64,000 bases of DNA from an uncultured delta proteobacterium (GCA_963713045.1 CAVQKE010000007.1:128001-192000); one strand, 5' to 3'; positions 21,841 through 33,458 are shown, counted from the stretch's first letter. Numbers and translations: made by a program. The notes: a model not told the origin generated them from the letters alone.

Positions 21841-21867
21841 CTGGCAGTCCCCCGCCCGCTTCGCCAG
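21841..21867. promoter_or_regulatory. Degenerate CIRCE-like element
   Basis: CTGGCAGTC-N9-CTTCGCCAG. Confidence 0.35.
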
Positions 21868-21875
21868 TCGGCCGG

Positions 21876-21902
21876 CTGGCACTCCCAGGGGCTGACCGCT
21901 GA
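21876..21902. promoter_or_regulatory. CIRCE-like element
   Basis: CTGGCACTC-N9-GACCGCTGA versus consensus TTAGCACTC-N9-GAGTGCTAA. Confidence 0.5.
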
Positions 21903-21968
21903 AACGCCGCACTCGCTTGCCCGGAAACCAGCTGAGTTTCAAGCGCTTACAAAACCGAGCGGACCGCC

Positions 21969-21996
21969 TTGACGCTGCAGGACACGTGGTTAGGTT
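21969..21996 (+). promoter_or_regulatory. Putative groESL promoter
   Basis: TTGACG-N16-TAGGTT just upstream of the CIRCE. Confidence 0.5.
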
Positions 21997-22011
21997 ACGT
22001 GTTGCGTGGGG

Positions 22012-22038
22012 CTGGCAGTCTCAGGTTGAGAGTGCTAA
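22012..22038 (+). promoter_or_regulatory. CIRCE (HrcA operator)
   Basis: CTGGCAGTC-N9-GAGTGCTAA upstream of groES; right arm is perfect. Confidence 0.85.
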
Positions 22039-22113
22039 TTCCGCGCGCCAGTTCACCCACCCCAAAACAGAAGGGGCCCCAAACGTTGGGGCACCAGGAA
22101 GGGAAACCACCCC

Positions 22114-22404
22114 ATGAAGATTCGTCCGCTGCAGGACCGCCTCATCGTCAAGCGGGTCGCCGAGGAGAACAAGACCAAGGGCGGCATCATCATCCCCGAC
22201 AGTGCCAAGGAGAAGCCCCTCGAAGGCAAAGTGATTGCCGTCGGCAACGGGAAGATTCTCGAGGACGGCAAGGTCCGCGCGCTCGACATCAAGGCCGGCG
22301 ACACCATCCTCTTCAGCAAGTACGCCGGGACCGAAGTGAAAATCGAAGGCGAAGACCACCTCATCCTGCGTGAAGAGGACGTCCTCGGTGTGATTGAGAA
22401 GTAA
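22114..22404 (+). CDS. groES: Co-chaperonin GroES
   Basis: [14 protein letters not shown]...[13 protein letters not shown]. Confidence 0.98.
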   Translation: MKIRPLQDRLIVKRVAEENKTKGGIIIPDSAKEKPLEGKVIAVGNGKILEDGKVRALDIKAGDTILFSKYAGTEVKIEGEDHLILREEDVLGVIEK

Positions 22405-22438
22405 TTCCAACCCCTGACAACCCGACGAAAAGAACTGA

Positions 22439-24100
<1,662 letters not shown>

Positions 24101-24130
24101 GTCCGGCCCTCCTACCGCGACAGCTGCATC

Positions 24131-24171
24131 ACGGCCCTTCGGGGGGGACAAGCCCTCCTCCGAGGGGCCGT
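24131..24171. terminator. Hairpin after groEL, probably bidirectional terminator
   Basis: ACGGCCCTTCGGGGGGG...CCTCCTCCGAGGGGCCGT inverted repeat between convergent genes. Confidence 0.6.
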
Positions 24172-24220
24172 TGTCGTTTGGCCGGCCACCCCAAAACCCG
24201 CAGCGGCTGGCCGCCTGCTT

Positions 24221-24559
24221 CTAGCGGACGAAGGGCCCAGGGCCGGGCAGCGGAGTGCCGGTCGGTGAAACGCCGAACAATTGACGCAAGTGGGGCGGCA
24301 CGTCGGTGAAGCACACCCCCATCCGCCCGCGCAGGTTGATGCGGAAGTCCCCCTGCTTGGCCCAAGCCACCCGGCCGGAAAATTCGAATTCCGTCCCGTC
24401 CACCAGGACGGTTCCCTTGAGCGGCGTGCCCTTGGGGAAGACGCGCATCAACTCGGCGCAGAAGCCGCCGGCGGAGACATCCACCGTGAAGCCGGAGGCG
24501 GGCCCCATACTCACTTTGAAGCGGCGGCGCTGGCGACCCAGCACCCGCGTATTCTGCAT
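24221..24559 (-). CDS. PilZ domain protein
   Basis: RQRRR; DVSAGG; GRVAW; MGVCF. Confidence 0.75.
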   Translation of the reverse strand: MQNTRVLGRQRRRFKVSMGPASGFTVDVSAGGFCAELMRVFPKGTPLKGTVLVDGTEFEFSGRVAWAKQGDFRINLRGRMGVCFTDVPPHLRQLFGVSPTGTPLPGPGPFVR

Positions 24560-24698
24560 CGCGCCCACCCCCGGGGAGGGTTACCACCTACCCCCCTGGG
24601 CCTAGCACGGGCGGGGCGGCTCCTGCACTGTGGGTAGGCGCCATCCAAGTGGACGGCCCAACACCCGTCGGGGAAAACTTCCGGGGTGAGGAGACAGC

Positions 24699-24965
24699 AT
24701 GCAGCCAGTCGTCGTCTACACAACAACCTATTGCGGCTACTGTCAGAGGGCCAAGGCCTGGTTGACGGCGCGCGGCGTGCCCTTCCGGGAAGTGGACGTC
24801 ACCGACGACGACGCGGCGCGCGCCGCTCTGGTGGAACGTTCGGGCGGCATGCGGACGGTGCCACAAATTTTCGTCGGCGAGGCACACGTCGGCGGCTACT
24901 CGGACTTGGTCGCCTTGGACGCGGCGGGCAAATTCACTCCCCTCCTCGAGACCCCCGCGGCGTGA
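24699..24965 (+). CDS. grxC: Glutaredoxin 3
   Basis: CGYC; TVPQIF; GGYSDL. Confidence 0.92.
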   Translation: MQPVVVYTTTYCGYCQRAKAWLTARGVPFREVDVTDDDAARAALVERSGGMRTVPQIFVGEAHVGGYSDLVALDAAGKFTPLLETPAA

Positions 24966-25903
24966 AGCCAGCCCTGCTGGCATTCCTCGCCACCGCCAGT
25001 GCTTGCACCAGCGTGCCCGTCACCACCGAGGCACGGCTGGACAGCGCGGCGCGCTTCACCGCGCTGGTGCTGGAACCGGTGCGCGGCGCAGCCACCGACG
25101 ACGCAGCTGCCTTGGGCCAGCGGCTGACGGCGGTGGCACTGCAGGCGGTGGGCGGTGAGGTGCCGGTGTGGGACCCCTCCGAAGTGCACCTGCTTCACCC
25201 GGAAAAGCACGACTGGAGCGCCAGCAGCGCCGTCCCACTTCTCCGCGCCGCAGACATTCGCCCCGAGCAAGCCCTGGTGGTGCGCGTCCGGCTCGCCACC
25301 GGGGAAGCCTCCAGCCAGCAGGAGGTGCAGGGTGGCGCCGGCGCCGGCGTCGGGGCCACGGCAGAGCTGCGGTGGCGAGCCACGGTGGAGGTGCTTCAGC
25401 CCAGCACCGGGCAAGCCCTGGTGGAGACGACGGCCGAGGCCCACGCCGACCCCTTCGCCCATGGCGGGACTGACGCCGCCACCCTGCAGCCGGCGGACGT
25501 CCTGGAACGGGCGGCCAGCGAGGCCTTGGCCCAGCTGCGTGGCCGCTGGACGCCGCCCCGACCGCCCCAAGGGCCGGAGCTGCAGACGTGGACGGTGGTC
25601 GCCACGCCCGAGGGACACCTCGGCCGGGGCCTCGACGCCGAAGTCTTCCGGCTGCAGCTACTGCAGACGGCCAACCCGGGGCTGGGCGAGACCGAGGCGG
25701 CGCATCTGGCACGGCTCCCGCCGGGCCTACTGGTACGGGGGGCACCCTACGGCTTTCGCCTCCGCGCCGGCGACGAAGTGTTGACGGTGGATGCCGCACC
25801 GGCCGGCGCCGCCAGCCTGGCGCGCTGCCGCTTCGCCTCCCTCCCAGTCCTGGTGGACGTCCGGGGGACGGACGGGCACCTTCGGCGCGTGAAACTCCCC
25901 TGA
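24962..25903 (+). CDS. Hypothetical lipoprotein, possible C-terminal PDZ-like segment
   Basis: GTGA overlap; lipobox ASAC; LRAGDEVLTVD. Confidence 0.6.
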   Translation: MKPALLAFLATASACTSVPVTTEARLDSAARFTALVLEPVRGAATDDAAALGQRLTAVALQAVGGEVPVWDPSEVHLLHPEKHDWSASSAVPLLRAADIRPEQALVVRVRLATGEASSQQEVQGGAGAGVGATAELRWRATVEVLQPSTGQALVETTAEAHADPFAHGGTDAATLQPADVLERAASEALAQLRGRWTPPRPPQGPELQTWTVVATPEGHLGRGLDAEVFRLQLLQTANPGLGETEAAHLARLPPGLLVRGAPYGFRLRAGDEVLTVDAAPAGAASLARCRFASLPVLVDVRGTDGHLRRVKLP

Positions 25904-25965
25904 TGCTTTGCTAAGGGGGTCGGTCCCCCGCCAGGGCAACGCCCCCGTTCCGGAGGTCCCACCCC

Positions 25966-27165
25966 GTGTCTTCCCGACTCGCCCCTTTCAGCCTCGTCTT
26001 TCTGCTGGCCACCTCGGCCGCCGCCCAAGAGAAGACCAAGGTCAGCAACTTCCTCCCCTTTAACTTGGCCGTCTGCTTTCTCGAGACGCAGAAGGTGGAC
26101 CCGCCGATGACCGACACCGCCCTCAACGCCCTGTGGATTATGGCTCGGCCCCTGGTGCTGGAGTGCCTGGCCGACACACGGCTGTACGTGGCCGGGAAGT
26201 CCCCCGCCTTCAAAATCAGCATCACGGTTGACGAAACCGGCTACCACCGCAGCATCGAGTCGGACGGGCTGACCGCCTTCGGGAAGACGTGCCTGGATGG
26301 GGCGGTGGGGAAAGTCACTCCCCGCATTGCTGCGCTGGCGGCGGGAAGCAAGCCAGTCACCTTCTCCGACAAGGTGCCCGAGGTGGCGGCCAGTCAGCAG
26401 ATAAAGTTCGGCATCAACACCTTTTCTGACGTCGCCGGGACGGTGCGCCTGGCGATGCCCTCGCTGTGCAGCTGCTTCGCCCCGTTCAAGGACGGCCCGG
26501 CCCCGGTGCCGATGTCCATGAAAGTCACGCTGACCCCCTCCCCCGAGCGCTTCAAGCAGCCGGATGGCGGCTTCCCGAAGCTGGCGGACGTCACGGTGAA
26601 TGAAGGACCTGAGTCGATGAAGGCCTGCATTGCCGACAAGCTGGACGCGCTGCCTTACGGCATCAAGTCCAACGACCAAATCCAAATTCGCTACGAATTC
26701 GACTTCATCAATTCCCTGGCCACCAGCAGCGACGTCAGCGCCCTTCCCGACTGGTTGAAGTTCGCCCAACTGGACGCCATGGAGGCGCCGCTCGCCGCCG
26801 CGTCCCAGCTGGCACTGTCGAAAAAGGTGGCCGCCGCGGACCACTACAATGAGTTGGTGCAGAAGTACAAAGCCCTCACCAAGACTGACCCCAAGAAGGC
26901 CCACACCATGGTCAACGAATTGGTTCTCTCCTGCAAGCGCATGGTGACCATGGACGACGCCCAAATTGCGGCGCTTCAGAAGGAGGCGCAGCTCTCCCAT
27001 GAGACACTGGCTCTGGCCACCAGCCTCAAGGCGAAGGACCCCTCCTGGGCCAAGGCCGAGGCCGCGGCACAGAAGGCCACCACCGAGGCCGAAACCCGGG
27101 TGACCAAGGCCAAGGAATTTCGCGCGGGCGACGAGAAAGTCTGCCCGAAGGTGCACGCCGACTGA
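25966..27165 (+). CDS. Secreted hypothetical protein with Cys-paired domains and a helical C-terminus
   Basis: GGAGG RBS; signal peptide ending AAA-Q; strong host-like codon use. Confidence 0.75.
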   Translation: MSSRLAPFSLVFLLATSAAAQEKTKVSNFLPFNLAVCFLETQKVDPPMTDTALNALWIMARPLVLECLADTRLYVAGKSPAFKISITVDETGYHRSIESDGLTAFGKTCLDGAVGKVTPRIAALAAGSKPVTFSDKVPEVAASQQIKFGINTFSDVAGTVRLAMPSLCSCFAPFKDGPAPVPMSMKVTLTPSPERFKQPDGGFPKLADVTVNEGPESMKACIADKLDALPYGIKSNDQIQIRYEFDFINSLATSSDVSALPDWLKFAQLDAMEAPLAAASQLALSKKVAAADHYNELVQKYKALTKTDPKKAHTMVNELVLSCKRMVTMDDAQIAALQKEAQLSHETLALATSLKAKDPSWAKAEAAAQKATTEAETRVTKAKEFRAGDEKVCPKVHAD

Positions 27166-27196
27166 CGGCCGCCCACCCCGGCAGCAGCAGCAGCAG

Positions 27197-30100
27197 TTAG
27201 GCTACCGCTTGGTCGTCGTTGGCCGCGGCCGCGTCCCGCAGCCGCACCGACACCAACTTGGAGATGCCCGGCTCCTCCATGGTGACGCCGTACAGCGTGT
27301 CCGCCACTTCCATGGTGCGCTTGTTGTGGGTGATGAGGATGAATTGCGACTGGGCACTCATCTCCCGAAGCAGCGCGTTGTAGCGGCCGACGTTGGCCTC
27401 GTCGAGCGGCGCATCCACCTCATCCAGGACGCAGAAGGGCGAGGGCTTGATGAGGAAGATGGCGAAAATCAGGGCCACCGCGGTGAGCGCCTTCTCGCCG
27501 CCGGACAACAGGGTGACACTCTGCAGCTTCTTCCCCGGGGGCTGGGCGACGATGTCCACCCCTGCCTCGACCCCCGGCACCGGGTCGGCCATCAAAAGGC
27601 AGGCCCGGCCCCCGCCGAAGAGTCGCGGGAAGACGGCCTGAAACTTCTCGTTCACCGCGTCAAAGGTATGGGCGAAGCGCTCGGCGCTGGTGCGGTCAAT
27701 CTTCGAGATGGCGCTGCGCAGCTGGGCCAGGGTCGACTCCAGGTCCTGCTTCTGTGCGGCCAAGAAGCCGTGGCGCTCGGCCACCTCCCGGTGTTCATCG
27801 ATGGCGGTGAGGTTGATTTCTCCCATGCGCTCCACCTGCAGCCGCAGCTCTCTCAGCTCCGCCTCCGCGGCGTCGTCCAAAGGCGGCAGGAGATGAAAGC
27901 GGTGCAGCTGGTGGGTGACGTCCGTCTGGTGTCGGTCGCGCACCGCGTCCAGCAGGTGGGTGAATTCAAGCACCAGCTCGCGCTCCCGAAGGGTGAGCTG
28001 GCTCAGTCCTTCGGTCAGCCCGTCCAGGCTGGCCCGCTCCTCGCGAAGCCGCTGCTCCTCGGCCCGCACCCGGGCCGCCCGGGCGGTGTGGGCCTGCTGG
28101 CCGATGGAGAGCTCCTCGCGCCGTGCGGCGAGCTCCGCCGAGCGCGCCTGGTGCCCGGAGGCGGTCCCGGCAATTTTCGCCGACAAGTCTTGCGCGCGCT
28201 CCGCAGCCTGGGCGTGCGTCTCTCGGTGCCGCAAGGCGCGCAGAAGAAGCTGGTCGCGCGAGGCGACCGCTTCGGCCAGTGTGCGGCGGGCGGCCTCGCT
28301 GCGTTCGGCATTGGCGGCGCGGCGCACCTGCAAGTCCAGCAACTCGGCCTGGTGGGCCTCGGCGGAGGTGCGAAGCGACTCCAGGCGGTCCGCCAACTGC
28401 TTGACGCCCTCCTCGCGGGCAGCACGCTCGGCCTGAGCATGGGCCAACTCGCCCCTGGACGTCTCCTCGTCACGCTGCACCGCCAGCAGGCTTTGGTGGA
28501 GCCCCTCCGCCTCCAGGCCGGCCTGCGAGAGGCGTTCTTTCAGCGAAGCCAAGAGCTCGGCGGCCCGGGTGAGGTCCTTCTCCAGCGCGCTCCGGTTGAC
28601 TTCCTCCTCGTGGTGGTGCCGCTGCAGTCCCTTCAGCACCTCCTCGGTGTGCAGGACGTGTTTCTGCAGCGCGTAGCCTCGGGTGACGGCCTCCTGAAAG
28701 CGCTCTTCCAGGCCGACCAGCCCCTCGGCCAGCTCGGCAATTTCCCGCTTCTTCTGCAGCGCGCCCACCGCTGGGCCCTCCAGCACCCCACCGGTGACGG
28801 CGCCGTCCCGGCCCAACACCTCACCCTCCACCGTGACGCAGGTGAAGCTGCCCGGCGCGGCCGCGGCCACCGCACGGGCCGCGTCCAAGTCCTCCACCAG
28901 AAGGACTCCCTCCAGCAGGGCCTCCACCACCGCGCCAAAGGGTGCCTCCGTCCTCACCTCCTCCAGCGCCAAGGCGAGGACGCCGGGAATGCCAGCCGGC
29001 GGCGTGGGCCGAAGCGGCGGCCTGGGCTGCGCCGCCAGCGGGATGAAGGTGCTGCGGCCCTCGGCCAGGCTGCGCAAGTGGCCGGCCAGGGCAAAGGCCT
29101 GCTCGCTGTCCTCCACCAGCACGTTTTGTAGACGGGCCCCGAGCGCCGCCTCCACCGCCTTCTCAAAGCGCGCACTGGTGCTGACCACGTCCGCCACCAG
29201 GCCCCGCACGCCGCGGTGGCCTTCGGCTTCCGCCGCGTGCCGCATGATGGCGCGCACCCCGCGGTCGTACCCCTCGTAGTGGCGTTGAATCTCCCGCAGC
29301 GAATGCAGCCGGCTGCGCCGGTCGGCCAGCTCCTCCCGCAGCGAAATGACGGCCACTTCGTGCTCCGCGAAGGCGGCGCGGGCGCGGGCCAGGCTTTCCT
29401 CCTCGGCCCCGCTGCGCTCGGCCAATTCCAGGGTCAGCTGGCGACTGCGCGTCACCGCCCGCGTCACCTCACTTCGCTCGCGGTCGAGGGTGGCCACCTG
29501 GCTGCGCAGCGCCTCCGCCTCGGCTTCCGCGCGGGCGTGGCGCAGGGAAAGCTCGTCCCGTTTCTGCGCCAAGTTGACGAGGTTGTTCTCATGGTTGGCC
29601 ACCCGGGTGGCCAGGGCGAGCAGTGTCAGCCGCTGCTCTTCCAAGCGCCCGGTGGCGTCGGCCTGCATCACCTGCACCGCCTCCAGGCCTTCCAGGGCAC
29701 GCCGCAGCGCCGCCGACTCCTCTTCGGACGTCTCGCAGAGGCCGGCCAGCTCGGCATCGAGGGCCAGCGCCCGCGCCGCGAAGGCTTCGGCCAAGCCCTG
29801 CGCTTCCGCTAGCTCCGCGCCGCTGGTGACTTCGCTGGCTTCGGCCGCCGTCAAGTCCTCCTGCCAGTGGGCCAGGTTTTGCGCGTCCCGCTGGACGTCG
29901 GACTCAAGGGCGTGGGCGGTCTCGCCCAGTGTCTGTAACCGCAGCGCCTCGGCATCCAGGTCCGTCCGTTCAACGGCAATGGCATCCTCCAGCGCGCGGA
30001 CGGCTTCCACCGCCTGGCGTTCGGTGCCACTCAACGCCGAGAGCCGCTCCGCCAGCTGCTTTTGCTCCGCCGCCAGGGCAAGCCAGCGGTGTGCGGCGTG

Positions 30101-30796
30101 GTGCAGTTCTATCTCCCGCATCCGGCCGCGCAGCGTCCGGTACTTCTCCGCTTTGCGCGCCTGGCGCCCCAGCGTATCCAGCCGCTTGGCCAGCTCCGCC
30201 ACCAAGTCCGCCACCCGCAGCAGGTTGGCCTCGGTGGCCTCCATCTTTCGTTCCGCCGCCCGGCGGCGCGACTTGTACTTCGTCACTCCAGCCGCCTCCT
30301 CCAGCAGAAGGCGGCGGTCTTCGGGCTTACTGGAAACAATCAGGCCCACCCGGCCCTGTTCAATGATGGAGTAGGCGCGTGTCCCGACGCCGGTGCCGAG
30401 AAACAGCTCCACAATGTCCAGCAGCCGGCAGGGCGTCTTGTTGATGAGGTAGTCGGACTCCCCGGAACGAAACAGGCGCCGGGTGACGGTAATCTCCGGG
30501 TAGCCGGCATACTGCGGGGCCAGCGCGTCGGCGGCGTCAATGGACAGCGTCAGCGACACTTCGGCCATGGACAGCGGCCCGAGGGTTTCGCTGCCGCTGA
30601 AGATGACGTCCTCCATGCCTCGGCCGCGCAGCGCCTTGGCACTTTGCTCGCCCATCACCCAGCGCAGGGCGTCAACCACGTTGGACTTCCCGCAGCCGTT
30701 CGGCCCGACGACGCCGGTGATGCCGTCGCCGAAGGCAAACAGGCTGCGGTCCATGAAGGACTTGAAGCCGGTGATGTCCAGGCGCTGGATGCGCAT
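27197..30796 (-). CDS. smc: Chromosome segregation protein SMC
   Basis: GFKSF; GPNGCGKSN; hinge and coiled coils; LSGGEKAL; LDEVDAPLD. Confidence 0.98.
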   Translation of the reverse strand: MRIQRLDITGFKSFMDRSLFAFGDGITGVVGPNGCGKSNVVDALRWVMGEQSAKALRGRGMEDVIFSGSETLGPLSMAEVSLTLSIDAADALAPQYAGYPEITVTRRLFRSGESDYLINKTPCRLLDIVELFLGTGVGTRAYSIIEQGRVGLIVSSKPEDRRLLLEEAAGVTKYKSRRRAAERKMEATEANLLRVADLVAELAKRLDTLGRQARKAEKYRTLRGRMREIELHHAAHRWLALAAEQKQLAERLSALSGTERQAVEAVRALEDAIAVERTDLDAEALRLQTLGETAHALESDVQRDAQNLAHWQEDLTAAEASEVTSGAELAEAQGLAEAFAARALALDAELAGLCETSEEESAALRRALEGLEAVQVMQADATGRLEEQRLTLLALATRVANHENNLVNLAQKRDELSLRHARAEAEAEALRSQVATLDRERSEVTRAVTRSRQLTLELAERSGAEEESLARARAAFAEHEVAVISLREELADRRSRLHSLREIQRHYEGYDRGVRAIMRHAAEAEGHRGVRGLVADVVSTSARFEKAVEAALGARLQNVLVEDSEQAFALAGHLRSLAEGRSTFIPLAAQPRPPLRPTPPAGIPGVLALALEEVRTEAPFGAVVEALLEGVLLVEDLDAARAVAAAAPGSFTCVTVEGEVLGRDGAVTGGVLEGPAVGALQKKREIAELAEGLVGLEERFQEAVTRGYALQKHVLHTEEVLKGLQRHHHEEEVNRSALEKDLTRAAELLASLKERLSQAGLEAEGLHQSLLAVQRDEETSRGELAHAQAERAAREEGVKQLADRLESLRTSAEAHQAELLDLQVRRAANAERSEAARRTLAEAVASRDQLLLRALRHRETHAQAAERAQDLSAKIAGTASGHQARSAELAARREELSIGQQAHTARAARVRAEEQRLREERASLDGLTEGLSQLTLRERELVLEFTHLLDAVRDRHQTDVTHQLHRFHLLPPLDDAAEAELRELRLQVERMGEINLTAIDEHREVAERHGFLAAQKQDLESTLAQLRSAISKIDRTSAERFAHTFDAVNEKFQAVFPRLFGGGRACLLMADPVPGVEAGVDIVAQPPGKKLQSVTLLSGGEKALTAVALIFAIFLIKPSPFCVLDEVDAPLDEANVGRYNALLREMSAQSQFILITHNKRTMEVADTLYGVTMEEPGISKLVSVRLRDAAAANDDQAVA

Positions 30797-30923
30797 CGCG
30801 GGGCGTCGCTCCGGGAGGTGAGGGGGTGCTACTTTTCCACAGGTTACGCGCCACTTTCGAGGTGAGCAAGCATGACGTCACATGACGTGACACTCGGTGA
30901 ATGGTCACGGCTTGCTGCACCGA

Positions 30924-32264
30924 CTAGGATTGCTCGACGGCTTGGACGGCCTGGGTTGCCGGCCGCGGTTCAATGCGGACTTTCAGGACGCGGGGCCCAT
31001 CCGTCTCCGCCACCCGCACTTCCCACTCCCCCACCGCGGCGGCGTCTCCGGGCACCGGCACCCGCCGCAGCTTGGCCATCAGGTAGCCGGCAATGGTGGT
31101 GACGTCGGAACCATCCACATCAAACTCCATGTCCAGTCGGTCCTTTAAGTCCTCCAGCGGTGTGCTGCCGGAAACTTCGAAGCGCCCGCCGGGCAGCGTC
31201 TTCACCTCCTCTGCGCGGCGGCCCAGCGTTGCCACGTCCCCCACCACCGCCGACACCACGTCGGAAACGCTGACGATGCCGGAGGTGCCGCCGTGCTCAT
31301 CCACCACCACCGCCAGCTGCCGCCGGCGCTTGGCAAACTCGGCCAGCAGCTGGTCCAGGGTGACGTTTTCCGGGACGAAGAGGACGGGCCGTTGCACCTG
31401 GGCCAAGCTTTTCAGCTTTCCCTCCGCCAACAGAACGAAGAGGTCCTTCACATTCACCACCCCTTCCACCTGGTCGAGGTTACCTCGGCACACCGGCACC
31501 CAGGTGTGGCCGGTGGCGCGTGCCTCGGCCAAGTTGTGCTCCAGCGACTCCTCGAGGTCGAGGTAGTGCACCTCGGTGCGGGGCACCAGAATCTGCCGCG
31601 CCGTCTTCTCCGTCATCGCCAGCGCCCGCTCCAGCAGCTCGGCCCGGGTGCTGTCGATGGTGCCCATTTCCGCCGCTGACGCGAGGATGACTCTCAATTC
31701 ATCCTCGGTGTGCGCCTGCTCCTGTCCCGGCCGCGCTCGAAACCCCAGCAGCCGCAGGACGAAGCCCGAAGCTTTGTTGACGAGCCACACCCCTGGGTAA
31801 AACAGCAGGTACAGCGCCCGCAGCGGGCCAGCCACCGCCATGGCGGTGGACTCGGCTTCTTGAATGGCGACGCCCTTCGGGACCAGCTCCCCCAGCACCA
31901 GGCACAGGAAGGTGACCAGCGAGAAGCCCAGCACCACCGAAACGCCGGGCAGCGCCGCCAGCAGCGCCGGATGCGTTTTCACCACCGGAAAAAACAACCG
32001 CTGCAGGGTGTCGGCCACCGCCGGCTCCCCTACCCAGCCGATGCCCACCGCACACAGCGTGACGCCGAATTGGATGACGCTGAGGTAGGGGCTGAAGTCC
32101 TCGATAATCTTCAGCGCGGCCCGGGCATCGCGGCGGCCCGCATCGGCCAGCGTCTTCAGCCTGGCCGGGCGCACTTTCACCAGCGCCATCTCGGCCAGGA
32201 CTAGAAAGGCGTTGACGCCAATCAGGCCGGCCGCGATGGCGATGTGCCAGGCGGAGACCCTCAC
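30924..32264 (-). CDS. Hemolysin/CNNM (HlyC/CorC) family protein
   Basis: N-terminal TMs; GELVPK; CBS pair; VVDEHGGTSG; CorC domain. Confidence 0.92.
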   Translation of the reverse strand: MRVSAWHIAIAAGLIGVNAFLVLAEMALVKVRPARLKTLADAGRRDARAALKIIEDFSPYLSVIQFGVTLCAVGIGWVGEPAVADTLQRLFFPVVKTHPALLAALPGVSVVLGFSLVTFLCLVLGELVPKGVAIQEAESTAMAVAGPLRALYLLFYPGVWLVNKASGFVLRLLGFRARPGQEQAHTEDELRVILASAAEMGTIDSTRAELLERALAMTEKTARQILVPRTEVHYLDLEESLEHNLAEARATGHTWVPVCRGNLDQVEGVVNVKDLFVLLAEGKLKSLAQVQRPVLFVPENVTLDQLLAEFAKRRRQLAVVVDEHGGTSGIVSVSDVVSAVVGDVATLGRRAEEVKTLPGGRFEVSGSTPLEDLKDRLDMEFDVDGSDVTTIAGYLMAKLRRVPVPGDAAAVGEWEVRVAETDGPRVLKVRIEPRPATQAVQAVEQS

Positions 32265-33076
32265 AACAGGCTCTCGTACTCCGGGTCGCCTTTGAGAGCG
32301 TCAAACATCGGGTCGGTGGCAAGCCAGCCGGTGACTTTGGCCCGGTCCAATTCCAGCGACGTCCGAAGCGCGGCCAAGGCCTCGGGCTTCTTGCCCCACA
32401 GCGCGTACAGCGCCGCCAAATTGTAGTGTAGCAGCAGGTCCTCGGCGTTCAGCTCGCGCGCGCGGCCGTAGGCCCGCTCGGCCTCAGCGTAAAAGCCCTT
32501 CTGGGCGTAGCAGATGCCCAAGTCGAGGTGGGCCTCGAAGTTCTCCGCCTCCAGGCGCACCACTTCTTTCAGGTGGGTGATGGCGTTTCGGTAGTCCCCC
32601 TCGTCCATCAGCAGCGCCGCCAACTCATGGCGGGGGAAGGCGTCGGCCGGGTCTAAGTCAATGGCCCGCTTCAGCTCGCTGACCGCCTCCTCCACCCGGC
32701 CGTGGTCGGCGTAGGTGAGGCCGAGGTTGAGGTGGGCGTCGGGGTACTCCGGGTCCAATTCAATGGCCTGCCGGTAGGCAGAGACGGCGAACTCCGGACC
32801 ATGCGTTGAGAGGAAGCAGGCCAGGTTGTAGTGCGCAGTGGCACTGTCCGGCTCGAGGCGGAGAGCCGTTAGGTACTCGGCCAGCGCCTCGCGGTACAAC
32901 TTCTTCTCCGCGTACACGGTGGCCAGGTTGTCGTGGGCGTGCGCCGAGTCCGGGTCGAGGTCGATGGCCCGCTTGAATTCGCGGATGGCCTCGTCCAGCC
33001 AGCCCCGGTCCGCAAGCTCAATGCCCCGGGAGTTGTGCTCGTCGGAGAGCGCGATGTTGTCCTTCTCGCGGGCCAT
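32261..33076 (-). CDS. TPR protein
   Basis: Tandem TPRs (AHDNLA, AHYNLA, AHLNLG); C-terminal DPMFDALK. Confidence 0.9.
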   Translation of the reverse strand: MAREKDNIALSDEHNSRGIELADRGWLDEAIREFKRAIDLDPDSAHAHDNLATVYAEKKLYREALAEYLTALRLEPDSATAHYNLACFLSTHGPEFAVSAYRQAIELDPEYPDAHLNLGLTYADHGRVEEAVSELKRAIDLDPADAFPRHELAALLMDEGDYRNAITHLKEVVRLEAENFEAHLDLGICYAQKGFYAEAERAYGRARELNAEDLLLHYNLAALYALWGKKPEALAALRTSLELDRAKVTGWLATDPMFDALKGDPEYESLL

Positions 33077-33228
33077 GGGCGCCAGGGGGGAAAGCGGTCA
33101 GTACTTACGAGGGCGCCCGGGCTGATGCAAGGCGGCGCCTCTGTGGTGGAAGCCGGCCCACCCGAGGGGCGGAAGCGGCGCCGGGAAGACGCAATGGAAT
33201 GTTGCCGGCAGCCTGCGTTTGGGCGGGA

Positions 33229-33345
33229 CTAATTCCCCTTCGACTTCCGCCTCCGAAGCCGGCCCCGCTTCAGCACGCCGCGCTTCACGCGGGCACGGCT
33301 TTTCAGCTTCTTCTTGCTGCGGTTGCTTTTCACGGGGGTGGCCAT
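33229..33345 (-). CDS. Small highly basic protein (38 aa), absent from the ORF track
   Basis: MATPVKSNRSKKKLKSRARVKRGVLKRGRLRRRKSKGN; AAGGA about 10 nt upstream; fills the gap between the TPR gene and prfA. Confidence 0.6.
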   Translation of the reverse strand: MATPVKSNRSKKKLKSRARVKRGVLKRGRLRRRKSKGN

Positions 33346-33458
33346 GGGCGGAGGGTCCTTAGCACCGGCCGGGGGACGGTGTCTCTGCCGGAGGGCTGGC
33401 CAATGCCCCTCGCACCTTGCGCGAGCACCCCTTCGGCCGGTAGGGGAGGTCTCCCGTC

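Noticed and set aside
27181..27196. (GCA)5 microsatellite between convergent genes
   Set aside because: Too short; no functional context
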